A stretch of DNA of 64,000 nucleotides. Source: Clostridia bacterium (GTDB taxonomy: Bacteria; Bacillota; Clostridia; Oscillospirales; CAG-272). Shown one piece after another: positions 29,341 through 39,397 of this stretch (the stretch's first letter is position 1; every line of letters starts with the position of its first letter). The stretch lies in contig JAFUOY010000022.1 of the NCBI GenBank assembly GCA_017481595.1, forward strand, positions 40,713 through 104,712, given 5' to 3'. Below the pieces are notes generated by a model. The model was not told the DNA's origin, searched no databases, and was given only the letters and a program-made list of their open reading frames with translations. The translations under genes and the position numbers were made by a program.

Positions 29341-30020
29341 CTGGTCCTCTTTTCTACCGATATTACGGTCAGTTCTTTTTCCTTTACCTTGAATTTTATC
29401 TCGTGATCATAGAATAAAAATCCGAAAATTCTGTTCTCGTCATCTATGTACGCAGGACGTGGATCCTCTGCCAAAATGCGACACAGGGTGTCGGATTTTT
29501 CCTCTGGAAAGCCATTTAACAGGTCCTTGTCCACCTTTACTGTCAGCTTGTATTCGCCAATTTCCGCACAAAAGCCGCCTGTCGCCTCGGCAATACTGTC
29601 TGAAAAGGCAAGATAAGGCTTTATATCGTATATGGGAGAGTTGTCCATCATATCCGCGCCCGAAACGTGAAGCACGTATCCGTTTTCCTTCGTCAACTCA
29701 ATTTTATCAAGCTTAAGACAGGAAAGACCGAGATTGTTGGGGCGAAAAGGGGATCTTGTGGCAAAAACACCCATTCGCTCATTACCTCCAAGCCTCGGTG
29801 GGCGCACCGTTGGAGAATATTCCTTGCCGTAATTTTCGGAAAAGCCCCATATTACCCAAATGTGGGAAAAGCCCTCAAGACCGCGGATGGCGTTAGGGTC
29901 CTGATATTTCTTCTCAAAGACAATAGTCCCTTTAAGATCCTTTACTAAACCGCTTTGGCGTGGAATACCGAACTTGGTGGGAAAATCGGTTTTTATCCTT
30001 GCAATTTCTTCTATGATCAT
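29337..30020 (-). CDS. trmO: tRNA (t6A37-N6)-methyltransferase TrmO (TsaA/YaeB family)
   Basis: IARIKTDFPTKFGIPRQSG signature. The start ATG at 30020 forms an ATGA overlap with the hslO stop. The tracked GTG extension is rejected. Confidence 0.8.
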   Translation of the reverse strand: MIIEEIARIKTDFPTKFGIPRQSGLVKDLKGTIVFEKKYQDPNAIRGLEGFSHIWVIWGFSENYGKEYSPTVRPPRLGGNERMGVFATRSPFRPNNLGLSCLKLDKIELTKENGYVLHVSGADMMDNSPIYDIKPYLAFSDSIAEATGGFCAEIGEYKLTVKVDKDLLNGFPEEKSDTLCRILAEDPRPAYIDDENRIFGFLFYDHEIKFKVKEKELTVISVEKRTR

Positions 30021-30913
30021 TGGAACATCTTTTCTATATCTTCCCTGTAAAAGTCGTATTTCTTGTCGCAGAAATGACACTCAAGGCTGATCTTTTCTTC
30101 CTCGCCGTTTTCTCTTTGCTCGGCAAATATCTTTTCAATTTCCGTCTTGCCAAGGCTTATTACGGCTCTTTTCGTTCTCTCAACGGAGCAGTCGCACTTA
30201 TATTCAACCTCAAGCTCGTCAAAAATATCGTATTCAATTCCGTTCAAGGCTATCTTTAAAATATCCTCGTTTGACATACCCTCGTCAAACTTCGTTGATA
30301 TATTGTTTAAGAACTTAGAGTTTTCCTCCAGTCTTGCAATAACGTTTTCGTCGGGGAAGGGAAGAAGCTGTACAAAAACTCCTCCCGCGGCGCGGCAGGT
30401 GTGATCCGTATCCACCAAAACACCGAGAGCGCAAAGTGTGGGCGTCTGCTCACTTACCGCGTAATACTGGGCAATATCCTCCGCAACCTCACCGCTTACA
30501 AGCTCGATAGTGCCGTTAAAGGGTACGTCGTCTCCCACGTCCTTCGACACGCAGAAGAGTCCGCCGCCTACGATACCCGATACGTCAAGCTTGCCGTTTG
30601 GCTTGTTGGGTACGTCTGCCATAGGATTCTGAATATAGCCCTTTACGTTTCCGTAGTAATCCGCGCAAGCAAGGGTAGTACCTGCAATGCCGTTACCCTT
30701 GATAGTTGCAGTAAGCTTGCATCCATCCTCGGGAAGCATAGTGCCCATAACGGATGTAGCCGTAAGCAATCTGCCGAGAAGGGCGGATGCCGTGGGGGCG
30801 GTCTTATGATATTTTATTGCCTCGTTTACGATTTCCTTTGAGTTGATTACGTAAGCTCTTGCGCTGCCGTCCCTTGTCATAGCGCGTAAAATAGTTGATC
30901 TTTTCTTTTCCAT
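30017..30913 (-). CDS. hslO: Hsp33 family redox chaperone
   Basis: C-terminal zinc centre CDCS...CHFC and a conserved Hsp33 N-terminal domain. Confidence 0.85.
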   Translation of the reverse strand: MEKKRSTILRAMTRDGSARAYVINSKEIVNEAIKYHKTAPTASALLGRLLTATSVMGTMLPEDGCKLTATIKGNGIAGTTLACADYYGNVKGYIQNPMADVPNKPNGKLDVSGIVGGGLFCVSKDVGDDVPFNGTIELVSGEVAEDIAQYYAVSEQTPTLCALGVLVDTDHTCRAAGGVFVQLLPFPDENVIARLEENSKFLNNISTKFDEGMSNEDILKIALNGIEYDIFDELEVEYKCDCSVERTKRAVISLGKTEIEKIFAEQRENGEEEKISLECHFCDKKYDFYREDIEKMFQ

Positions 30914-30922
30914 ATTTCCCTC

Positions 30923-31684
30923 TTATTTTATACACCTTACGGTAAAGTAGCATCTTTCGTCCGTATCGGTAAGCTCTTTTCCGTTAAGGTCTCCGTTTAT
31001 TTTTATTATTTCAAATCCGCAATCCAGAAGAGCCTTTTTGATCCTCTTGATCGAATAGCATTTTTCCCTTTGTATTTCGTCAAATCTTTCGTAGGTGCCG
31101 TTTTCGTTTTCCGTAAATATGCTTAAGTAAAACTTGCATATTCCCGTTTTCTTGTTGTATTCATTCTGCCAGGCGCAAAGTGAGCCCTCATCCTCAAGAA
31201 TATAGGCGTTATCTCCGTACACCCGCTCGAATTTATAGGGCGTATTCATATCAAAAACAAACACACCGTCGGGGATAAGGTAATTATGTACAAGGCTGAA
31301 GCACTTTTTTAAGTCCTCATATCTTGTAAGATAATTTAAGCTGTCAAGACAGCAAACACAAGCATCCACCGTACCGTAAAGCTCAAATTCTCTCATATCC
31401 TGGCAAAGCCACAATATATCGTTAATATCCTTTTCGTAGCATATTTTCCGCGCCTCCGACAGCATATCCTCGCTTAAGTCAACGCCCGTCATATCGTACC
31501 CAAGCTCCCTTAGGGCAAAGGTGATTTTACCCGTTCCGCAGGCAAGGTCCAATACCAAGGAGGAGCGTATTTTTTCATTTTCTCTTATTTCCTTGTCAAG
31601 ATATTTTGCATATCCCTCGTAATCAAAATCGGAATTAAGAGAATCGTATACGTAAGAAAGAGAAGAGTATTGTCTGTTTTCCAT
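30923..31684 (-). CDS. class I SAM-dependent methyltransferase
   Basis: VLDLACGTGK motif I and DMTGVDLSEDML motif II. Confidence 0.8.
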   Translation of the reverse strand: MENRQYSSLSYVYDSLNSDFDYEGYAKYLDKEIRENEKIRSSLVLDLACGTGKITFALRELGYDMTGVDLSEDMLSEARKICYEKDINDILWLCQDMREFELYGTVDACVCCLDSLNYLTRYEDLKKCFSLVHNYLIPDGVFVFDMNTPYKFERVYGDNAYILEDEGSLCAWQNEYNKKTGICKFYLSIFTENENGTYERFDEIQREKCYSIKRIKKALLDCGFEIIKINGDLNGKELTDTDERCYFTVRCIK

Positions 31685-31752
31685 TTTGTCCTCCTTTGTG
31701 TTTATCCTTATTATTTTACCACATAAGAGGCGTAAAGTAAATAGAGCTGCGC

Positions 31753-33117
31753 TTATTTAATGAAATTTTTTATTTTTATAATATCTCCCGCGCCCATTAT
31801 TATTATGGCGTCGTTTGAGCATTCGCTTATTATTTCACCTATTTTTTCAATGCTTTTTACGTACTCTCCCCCTGCCGCCCTTGCAAGCTCTCTTTCCTTT
31901 ATGCCGTATACGTTTTCCTCCCTTGCAGAGTAGGTGTCCGTAATTATCAGACGTGATGCGTCGCCAAAGCACCTGCAAAATTCCTTGTAAAGAAAGTGAG
32001 TGCGTGAAAACGTGTGGGGCTGAAAAACGCAAAGGATGTTTGAGTATCCCATATTTTTCAAGGCGGAAAGAGTTGCGCTTATTTCCCTTGGGTGATGGGC
32101 GTAATCAATGAAGATCCGTCCACCCCCTCGGCTTTTTTTATAATATTCAAGCCGCCTTTCCGTACCCGAAAAGGAATAAAGGGCATTTTTTACAGCCTCC
32201 TTGTTTATTCCGTTTTCGTAAGCTACGGCAAAGGCGCAAAGCCCGTTGTATACCGTATGTAATCCCGCCCCGCGCATCTTACATCTTACGATAGGAACTC
32301 CCTCCTTAAAAATGCTGAAGGACGTACACTCCCCTAAGGATATTTCCTTGGCTACGTAGTCGGCTTCGTTGTAAATGCCGAATCTTACCGCCCTTGACGG
32401 GGATACCTTAAGCTCCCTTGACATTTCGTCATCCGCGCATAAGAAGACTCTCTTACTCTTTTTTGCGTATTTTTGGAATGAAGAGATAATTTGCTCCCTC
32501 GAGGTAAAATAATCGGGGTGGTCAAGATCCATATTTAAAATTACCGCATCCGTTTGAGAGAATTTTAAAAACGCGTCCTTGTATTCACACGCCTCGAATA
32601 TAAAATCGTTTGTCTTACCGAATTTATAGGGACTTAAAAAGCCCTTCATTACCGCTCCGCAAAATATGGTGGGGTCGCGGTCCGCCTCCTCGTATATATG
32701 TCCTATCATAGCGGACACCGTGCTTTTTCCGTGCATACCTGCAACGCCTATTCTGTTTTTGTACCCCTGCATAATACAGTTAAGAAGCTCCGCCCTCGAT
32801 ATAAGGGGCAAGCCCTCCCTTATGGCGCACTGTATTTCAAAATTATCAAAGGGAACTGCCGTCGTATACACAACAAGGTCCATATGACTTGCGCTGTCGG
32901 GAGTGGAGCAGTATTTTATGTTTTTTGCCACCTGCTCCAGCTTTTTGCACGCCTCGTTCCTCTCCCTGTCGTAGCCGTATACCTCCTTGCCAAGGTAAAT
33001 ACAGTATTCCGCAAGGGAGCTCATGCTGATTCCCCCGATACCCACAAAAAATATCTTTTTGGCATCATCGAATATTTTGGTAAGCTCTTTTTCCGTCGGT
33101 CTGTTTGCGCCTCGCAT
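31753..33117 (-). CDS. murC: UDP-N-acetylmuramate--L-alanine ligase
   Basis: FFVGIGGISMSSLAE and GVAGMHGKSTVS Mur ligase motifs. Confidence 0.9.
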   Translation of the reverse strand: MRGANRPTEKELTKIFDDAKKIFFVGIGGISMSSLAEYCIYLGKEVYGYDRERNEACKKLEQVAKNIKYCSTPDSASHMDLVVYTTAVPFDNFEIQCAIREGLPLISRAELLNCIMQGYKNRIGVAGMHGKSTVSAMIGHIYEEADRDPTIFCGAVMKGFLSPYKFGKTNDFIFEACEYKDAFLKFSQTDAVILNMDLDHPDYFTSREQIISSFQKYAKKSKRVFLCADDEMSRELKVSPSRAVRFGIYNEADYVAKEISLGECTSFSIFKEGVPIVRCKMRGAGLHTVYNGLCAFAVAYENGINKEAVKNALYSFSGTERRLEYYKKSRGGGRIFIDYAHHPREISATLSALKNMGYSNILCVFQPHTFSRTHFLYKEFCRCFGDASRLIITDTYSAREENVYGIKERELARAAGGEYVKSIEKIGEIISECSNDAIIIMGAGDIIKIKNFIK

Positions 33118-33281
33118 TTCACGTTTCTCCTTAATACTACATATTTCAATGGATATTCACAAAAAAAATCAAATGATTTCACATAAAGATTTCATTTTTT
33201 ACCAACACAGTTCACAATTAGTTGATATAATGTATTTGTAAACGGTACAAGCCGATATTTACCAATACGGAGGACATAAAA

Positions 33282-33590
33282 ATGGTAATTTCAGATATCA
33301 AAATAAGAAAGTTTTTTGACGACGGACCTATGAAGGCGGTCGTATCGGTAACCTTTGACGGCGCCCTTGCGGTTCACGATATAAAGGTTATAAACGCAAG
33401 AGATAAGTATTTTATTGTAATGCCTAGCAGAAAAAATCCTGACGGAACCTTCAGAGATATCGTTCATCCTATTAACGCAGAGTTCAGATCTGAGCTTGAG
33501 GGCGCGGTAATAAAGGCGTACTTTGATCAGCTTGAGGACGCAAAATACGCAATGAACGAGGAAGATAACTTCCAGATGGCAGAGCTTTAA
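33282..33590 (+). CDS. spoVG: septation protein SpoVG
   Basis: The sequence ISDIKIRKF...KAVVSVTFDGALAVHDIKVI...FIVMPSRK...FRDIVHPIN is nearly diagnostic. Confidence 0.9.
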   Translation: MVISDIKIRKFFDDGPMKAVVSVTFDGALAVHDIKVINARDKYFIVMPSRKNPDGTFRDIVHPINAEFRSELEGAVIKAYFDQLEDAKYAMNEEDNFQMAEL

Positions 33591-33617
33591 GGCGTTTTTG
33601 CGCGGTAAATATGAGCG

Positions 33618-33649
33618 GAGATTTGCATTTTTGCAGATCTCCTTTTTGT
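33618..33649 (+). terminator. intrinsic terminator
   Basis: GGAGATTTGCA / TGCAGATCTCC 11-bp stem followed by TTTTT. Confidence 0.75.
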
Positions 33650-33671
33650 TTAATAAATTTATTTAATAGTA

Positions 33672-33700
33672 TTGACACACAATGCTTAAATTGCTATAAT
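33672..33700 (+). promoter_or_regulatory. sigma-A type promoter of hisS-aspS
   Basis: TTGACA, 17-nt spacer, TATAAT (consensus). Confidence 0.65.
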
Positions 33701-33770
33701 ATATGCTATAAAAGTATTGTAACAATATATTATGCGCATATATGCGCGTAATATCACAAAAGAGGTTGAA

Positions 33771-35036
33771 ATGGCAAATAAGATTCAGAAGCCGAGAGGA
33801 ACGATGGATATATTCCCCGAGGACGTTGCTCTTTGGCACAAAATTGAAGAAAAAGCAAGAGACGTGGCAAAGCGTTTTGGCTTTGGAGAGATCAGAACTC
33901 CCACCTTTGAGGAGCTTGCGCTGTTCAAAAGAGGAGTTGGTGAGGTTACCGACGTTGTACAAAAGGAAATGTACACTCTTACCGATAAGGAAAACAGAGT
34001 GTTTGCTCTCCGTCCTGAGGGAACTGCCTCCGTTGTAAGAGCGATTATTGAAAACGGCAAGACCTCCGACGCTATGCCCCTTAAATACTATTACCTTATA
34101 AATTGCTTCCGTTATGAGAAGCCTCAGGCAGGCAGAAGCCGTGAGTTTTTCCAGTTCGGCACGGAAATGTTTGGTGCTGCGGCGCCCTCCGCTGACGCAA
34201 CGGTTATTTCCTTGGCGCATACGCTTCTTAAGGAGCTTGGAATAAAGAACGTTAAGCTTCATATAAACTCCATCGGCTGTCCCGAATGCCGTCCCAATTA
34301 CAGACAGGCATTGGTTGACTATTTCAGTCAGCACGAAAACGAGCTTTGCGATACCTGTAAGGAAAGACTTAAGACAAATCCCTTGCGTGTCCTCGACTGT
34401 AAGAGCCCCATTTGCTCCGAGATCGCAAAGGATGCACCCAACACCATTGATTACCTTTGCACAGAGTGTCACGACCACTTTGAAAGCTTGAAGACTTACC
34501 TTGACGCTATGGGCATTGAGTACACCGTGGATACAAGAATAGTGCGCGGTCTTGACTACTATACAAAGACTGTATTTGAGTTCATTTGCGAGGGTATCGG
34601 CGCGCAGAGCACGGTTTGCGGCGGCGGACGCTACGACGGACTTATGAAGCAGCTTGACGGTCCTGCCCTCCCCGGTATCGGCTTCGGTATGGGACTTACC
34701 CGCGTTATCCTTGCGATGAAGGAAAGCGGTTGCGCCGACGTAGAGGAAAACAAGCCCCTGCTTTATATCGCTCCCTTGGGCAACGGTGCTGTGGCAAAGG
34801 CGCTCTCCATCGTGGCTAAGCTTCGCGATAAGGGTATCTACGCAGAGTGTGATATCTGCTCCCGTAGCTTAAAGGCGCAGATGAAATACGCGGATAAGAT
34901 AGGCGCTGAGTATACGCTTATTATCGGAGATAGTGAGCTTGAAAGCGGTAAGGCGCAGCTTAAGAATATGAAAAAGAGCGAGCAACGCGAAATAGAGATA
35001 GACAATATTTACGGCGTTCTTGCAGAGGAGATATAA
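33771..35036 (+). CDS. hisS: histidine--tRNA ligase
   Basis: The start is MANKIQKPRGTMD. Class II motifs are present (FRYEKPQAGRSREF, GGGRYDGL). Confidence 0.92.
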   Translation: MANKIQKPRGTMDIFPEDVALWHKIEEKARDVAKRFGFGEIRTPTFEELALFKRGVGEVTDVVQKEMYTLTDKENRVFALRPEGTASVVRAIIENGKTSDAMPLKYYYLINCFRYEKPQAGRSREFFQFGTEMFGAAAPSADATVISLAHTLLKELGIKNVKLHINSIGCPECRPNYRQALVDYFSQHENELCDTCKERLKTNPLRVLDCKSPICSEIAKDAPNTIDYLCTECHDHFESLKTYLDAMGIEYTVDTRIVRGLDYYTKTVFEFICEGIGAQSTVCGGGRYDGLMKQLDGPALPGIGFGMGLTRVILAMKESGCADVEENKPLLYIAPLGNGAVAKALSIVAKLRDKGIYAECDICSRSLKAQMKYADKIGAEYTLIIGDSELESGKAQLKNMKKSEQREIEIDNIYGVLAEEI

Positions 35037-35037
35037 T

Positions 35038-36828
35038 ATGGAAAAATTTGAAAAGAATGACAAGCGTACCCATTATTGCGGTACTTTAACCAAAAATGAC
35101 CTTGGTAAGCGCGTTTGCGTTCTCGGTTGGGCGCAGAAGCAGAGAGACTTAGGCTCTCTTATCTTCATTGACCTTCGTGACAGAAGCGGTATCGTTCAGC
35201 TTGCCTTTGACGATAGCACGGACAGAGAGATCTTTGACAAGGCTTTCGGCGTAAGAGCAGAGTTCGTTCTTTGTGCTAAGGGTATCGTAAGAGCAAGAGG
35301 AGAGGGTGCAGTTAACAAAAACATCCCCACAGGTGAAATTGAAATTGCGGTTGACGAGTTCAAGGTGCTTACAAAGGCGCAGACTCCTCCCTTTGAGATC
35401 GTTGAAAACAGCGACGTAAAGGCAGACCTTCGCTTGAAGCACAGATATCTTGACCTTCGCCGTCCCGATATGCAGAGAAACATTATCGCCCGCTCCAAGA
35501 TCACAAATCTTACGAGAAATTACTTTAACGAAAACGGATTTATCGACATAGAAACACCTAACCTTATCCGTCCCACACCCGAGGGAGCTCGTGACTATCT
35601 CGTTCCCAGCCGTGTTCACAACGGTAAGTTCTATGCACTTCCTCAGTCACCTCAGATCTATAAGCAGCTTCTTATGTACTCAGGCTTTGACCGTTACATT
35701 CAGATCGCGCGTTGCTTCCGTGACGAGGACCTTCGCGCTGACCGTCAGCCCGAGTTTACACAGATAGATATGGAGATCTCCTTTACTGACGAGGACGAGA
35801 TCATTTCCATCAACGAGGGCTTTATCAAGTACATCTTCGATAACTTTATGGGTAAGGAGATCACCACACCCTTTGAAAGAATCACATGGCATGAGGCTAT
35901 GGAGCGCTTTGGCTCCGATAAGCCCGATATGAGATTCGGCTTTGAGCTTAAGAATATTTCCGAGGCTGTTAAGAACACGGAATTCAAGGTATTTGCAGGC
36001 GCCATCGCAAACGGCGGCAGCGTAAGAGCTATCAACGTTAAGGGCGGCGCTAAGTTCTCAAGAAAAGAGATCGACTCTCTTACTGAGGTTGCAAAGCAGT
36101 ATAAGGCAAAGGGCCTTGCTTGGCTCAAAAAGGCTAACGGAGAGATTTCCTCCTCCTATGCTAAGTTCCTTACAGAGGCTGAAAATGCTGAAATTCTCAG
36201 AATTATGGAGGTAGAGGACGGGGACCTCGTTCTCGTTGTTGCCGATAAAAATAAGGTCGTATTCGATACTCTCGGCGCTCTCCGTTGCGAATGTGCAAAG
36301 CGTCTCGGACTTCTTAACCCCAATGAATTCAAGTTCCTTTGGGTAACTGAATTCCCCCTCTTTGAGTACAGTGAGGAGGATGGCAGATACTACGCTATGC
36401 ACCATCCCTTTACCGCTCCTATGGATGAGGACTATGAATTTATCGACACAGATCCCGGCAGAGTGCGCGCAAGAGCATATGATATCGTTCTTAACGGTAC
36501 TGAGCTTGGCGGCGGCTCCATTCGTATCCACACCACCGAAATGCAGGAGCATATGTTCTCCATCCTCGGCATCGGCAAGGAAGAAGCGCAGGAGAAATTC
36601 GGCTTCCTTCTTGACGCCTTCAAGTACGGCGTACCTCCTCACGGCGGTCTTGCCTTCGGTCTTGACAGACTTGTGACACTCCTTTTGGGACTTGAGGATA
36701 TTCGTGAGGTTATTGCATTCCCCAAGATGCAAAACGCATCCGAGCTTATGTCCAAGTGCCCCTCATTTGCTAACCCCGACGATTTGAAGGAGCTTGGCAT
36801 TGCGGTTATTGCAACTGAAGAAGAATAA
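35038..36828 (+). CDS. aspS: aspartate--tRNA ligase
   Basis: The start is MEKFEK. Blocks seen: FIDLRDRSG, QSPQIYKQLLM, FRDEDLRADRQPEFTQID, GGGSIRIH. Confidence 0.92.
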   Translation: MEKFEKNDKRTHYCGTLTKNDLGKRVCVLGWAQKQRDLGSLIFIDLRDRSGIVQLAFDDSTDREIFDKAFGVRAEFVLCAKGIVRARGEGAVNKNIPTGEIEIAVDEFKVLTKAQTPPFEIVENSDVKADLRLKHRYLDLRRPDMQRNIIARSKITNLTRNYFNENGFIDIETPNLIRPTPEGARDYLVPSRVHNGKFYALPQSPQIYKQLLMYSGFDRYIQIARCFRDEDLRADRQPEFTQIDMEISFTDEDEIISINEGFIKYIFDNFMGKEITTPFERITWHEAMERFGSDKPDMRFGFELKNISEAVKNTEFKVFAGAIANGGSVRAINVKGGAKFSRKEIDSLTEVAKQYKAKGLAWLKKANGEISSSYAKFLTEAENAEILRIMEVEDGDLVLVVADKNKVVFDTLGALRCECAKRLGLLNPNEFKFLWVTEFPLFEYSEEDGRYYAMHHPFTAPMDEDYEFIDTDPGRVRARAYDIVLNGTELGGGSIRIHTTEMQEHMFSILGIGKEEAQEKFGFLLDAFKYGVPPHGGLAFGLDRLVTLLLGLEDIREVIAFPKMQNASELMSKCPSFANPDDLKELGIAVIATEEE

Positions 36829-36868
36829 AAATAAAATTTAATATAAACAATTTGAAAGGAAAACACAA

Positions 36869-38575
36869 ATGTTTAATCAGTTCTTCAAAAGCAAGAAGAA
36901 TATTGTGATGACATCCGTGCTTGCAGTATTGCTTATTGCTCTTGTAGTATGCAGCTTTGTTGTAAGAGCAGAGGAGGGCAACTGCCCTGACTGCGGCGGC
37001 ACAGGACTCCTTTGTGAGACCTGTGGCGGAGACGGAACAATGGACAGCCGTTACTTCGGTACCTTTATGTCCCTTGCGGCTCCCATCATTGCTATCGTTC
37101 TTGCACTCATCACAAAAGAGGTTTATTCCTCACTCTTCATCGGTATCGTTATAGGTGCGCTTCTTAACGCAAACTATAACCTTTCTGCAACTCTTGATAT
37201 AGCGGTAAACGACGGTCTTATCTCTGCGGTTTCGGGCACGGCAGGTATCTTTATCTTCCTCGTTGTCCTTGGCGCAATGGTAGTTCTCGTTAACAAGGCA
37301 GGCGGCTCAAAGGCGTTTGGTAAATGGGCGCATAAGAACATCAAATCAAAGGTAGGCGCCGCTATCGCTACCTTTATTCTCGGCGTTCTTATCTTCATTG
37401 ACGACTACTTTAACTGTCTTACGGTTGGCTCAGTTATGCGTCCCGTTACAGACAGCCATAAGATCTCAAGAGGCAAGCTTGCGTTTATTATCGACGCAAC
37501 GGCTGCTCCCGTATGTATGATCGCTCCTATCTCCTCCTGGGCTGCGGCAGTTTCCGCATACGCTCCCGAGGGTACAAGCGGACTTAAGATGTTCGTAACG
37601 GCTATCCCCTTTAACTTCTACTCCATCCTTACTCTTATCTTTGTTGTACTTATCGCAGTAATGGGCTTTGACTACGGCAAGATGGCAGGCGTTGAATTCA
37701 AGGCGCAGAATGGTGACCTTGGCGCTATCGAAGCTGATGCAGAGCAGGATACTGCATCCGACAGAGGCAGAGTAATCGACCTTATTCTTCCTATCGTTGT
37801 TCTTATCGTTGCTTGTGTTGTTGCCCTTATTTATAACGGCGGCTTCTTTGACGCATCCAGCGAATACCACCTTGACTTTATCGGCTCCTTCGGTAACACA
37901 GACGCAACCGTTGGCTTGCCTTGGGGCTCACTTATCGCTCTTATCTTTACAATAGCGTATCTTATGTGCCGTAAGGCTATCACGTTTAAGGAAGCTATGG
38001 ATTCCATTCCCAAGGGCTTTATCGCAATGGTACCCGCAATCCTTATCCTTACCTTTGCAACCTCCCTTAAGAATATGACAGGTCTCCTTGGCTCCGACGT
38101 ATTCGTTGATAACCTTCTCAGCGGTGCTGAAGGACTTACATTCTTCCTTCCCGCTATTATCTTCGTAGTAGCTTGCGTAATAGCATTCTCCACAGGAACA
38201 TCATGGGGTACCTTCGGTATTCTTATTCCTATCGTTCTTGCCGTATTCCCCGCAGGCACAGTCCTCGGTACTATCGGTATGTCCGCTTGCCTTGCAGGCG
38301 CAGTATGCGGTGACCATTGCTCACCCATCTCCGATACTACCATTATGGCATCTGCAGGAGCGCAGTGCAACCACGTTGAGCACGTACAGACGCAGCTTCC
38401 TTACGCTATTACAGTAGCGGCTGTATCCTTCGTTTCCTTCATTATTGCAGGCGTGCTTGCATCCGTTGCTGATTGGGCTGCATACCTTGCAATTCCCGTA
38501 TCCATCGTTCTTCTCGTTGGTACGGTTATCGTAATCAGGACGGTTACAAAAAAGAAGGCTGCAAAGAACATTTAA
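36869..38575 (+). CDS. NhaC-family Na+/H+ antiporter-like transporter with N-terminal DnaJ-type zinc-finger insert
   Basis: About 12 TM helices with NhaC-like blocks. Residues 39-56 read CPDCGGTGLLCETCGGDG. Confidence 0.7.
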   Translation: MFNQFFKSKKNIVMTSVLAVLLIALVVCSFVVRAEEGNCPDCGGTGLLCETCGGDGTMDSRYFGTFMSLAAPIIAIVLALITKEVYSSLFIGIVIGALLNANYNLSATLDIAVNDGLISAVSGTAGIFIFLVVLGAMVVLVNKAGGSKAFGKWAHKNIKSKVGAAIATFILGVLIFIDDYFNCLTVGSVMRPVTDSHKISRGKLAFIIDATAAPVCMIAPISSWAAAVSAYAPEGTSGLKMFVTAIPFNFYSILTLIFVVLIAVMGFDYGKMAGVEFKAQNGDLGAIEADAEQDTASDRGRVIDLILPIVVLIVACVVALIYNGGFFDASSEYHLDFIGSFGNTDATVGLPWGSLIALIFTIAYLMCRKAITFKEAMDSIPKGFIAMVPAILILTFATSLKNMTGLLGSDVFVDNLLSGAEGLTFFLPAIIFVVACVIAFSTGTSWGTFGILIPIVLAVFPAGTVLGTIGMSACLAGAVCGDHCSPISDTTIMASAGAQCNHVEHVQTQLPYAITVAAVSFVSFIIAGVLASVADWAAYLAIPVSIVLLVGTVIVIRTVTKKKAAKNI

Positions 38576-38583
38576 GTTAAGAA

Positions 38584-38619
38584 AAGAGTGCGATTTTACG
38601 TCGCACTCTTTACTTTTTT
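38584..38619 (+). terminator. intrinsic terminator
   Basis: AAGAGTGCGA / TCGCACTCTT 10-bp stem followed by a T-run. Confidence 0.75.
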
Positions 38620-38669
38620 GTTATAATATGCTACAATATAATAAATAAAAACAAAATGAGGTACTTAAT

Positions 38670-39113
38670 ATGAAATGTCCCCATTGCGGCCACGAGGAAA
38701 GTAAGGTAACGGACTCCCGTCCTGTTGATGAAAACTCCAGCATCAAAAGAAGAAGAGAATGTCTTAACTGCCAGGCGAGATTTACAACCTATGAAACTAT
38801 TGAAACCATTCAGACAATAGTTATAAAAAAGGATGGCTCAAGAGAATATTTTAATAAAAGTAAGCTTTTGTCAGGCCTTATGAAGGCGTGTCAGAAGCGC
38901 CCCGTTGATTCCGCTAAAATAGCGGATAAAATTGAAGCCGAGCTTCAGAACTCCCTTAAAACCGAGATCACCTCCTACGAAATAGGTGAAATGGTTATGA
39001 AGGAGCTTCGTGATAAGGATGCGGTGGCATACGTTCGCTTTGCATCCGTATACCGTGAATTTAAGGACGTGGAGACCTTTATGCAGGAGCTTCAGCACTT
39101 TCTTAAAAAGTAA
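38670..39113 (+). CDS. nrdR: transcriptional repressor NrdR
   Basis: [18 protein letters not shown]...[16 protein letters not shown] zinc ribbon, followed by an ATP-cone. Confidence 0.92.
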   Translation: MKCPHCGHEESKVTDSRPVDENSSIKRRRECLNCQARFTTYETIETIQTIVIKKDGSREYFNKSKLLSGLMKACQKRPVDSAKIADKIEAELQNSLKTEITSYEIGEMVMKELRDKDAVAYVRFASVYREFKDVETFMQELQHFLKK

Positions 39114-39134
39114 CGGATAAATACTTGTATATAG

Positions 39135-39342
39135 ATATACGTGGGGGAAAGTAACGGTGTAAGTCCGTCGCAACAGCCATTGCCGTCACAGTCGGAATGC
39201 CACGCGTATATTTTTGGCAAAAGGCCGAATGGTAAAACCACCCTTGGGCAATATCCGTAAGGAGAGAAGGGAGGAGCCAAAGAAAAGGAGACGCTTTAAA
39301 ATGCTCGCCGTAGGTTAATAAAAAACAGGCGCAGATTTTTTT
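39135..39342 (+). promoter_or_regulatory. probable cobalamin riboswitch (class-II / AdoCbl-variant-like aptamer 39135-39211) with downstream platform and weak terminator (39302-39342)
   Basis: P1 pairs ATATACGTGG with CCAC(GC)GTATAT. The core is GGGAAAGUAACGGUGUAAGUCCGU plus a B12-box-like GUCGGAAUGCCAC. The downstream gene family (DUF4430) is commonly B12-regulated. Not verified with a covariance model. Confidence 0.6.
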
Positions 39343-39397
39343 GTGTCTTGCTCTCTTTGTTTTATCATATATAGATAAAAGAAAAGAGGAAGAAAAA

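Noticed and set aside
33591-33770. T-box riboswitch upstream of hisS-aspS
   Set aside because: The promoter-to-ATG distance is only about 65 nt. There is no specifier-loop, T-box sequence or terminator architecture.
33663-34478. 271-aa minus-strand ORF
   Set aside because: It is antisense to hisS and its promoter, has low-complexity composition and no RBS. hisS is unambiguous on the plus strand.
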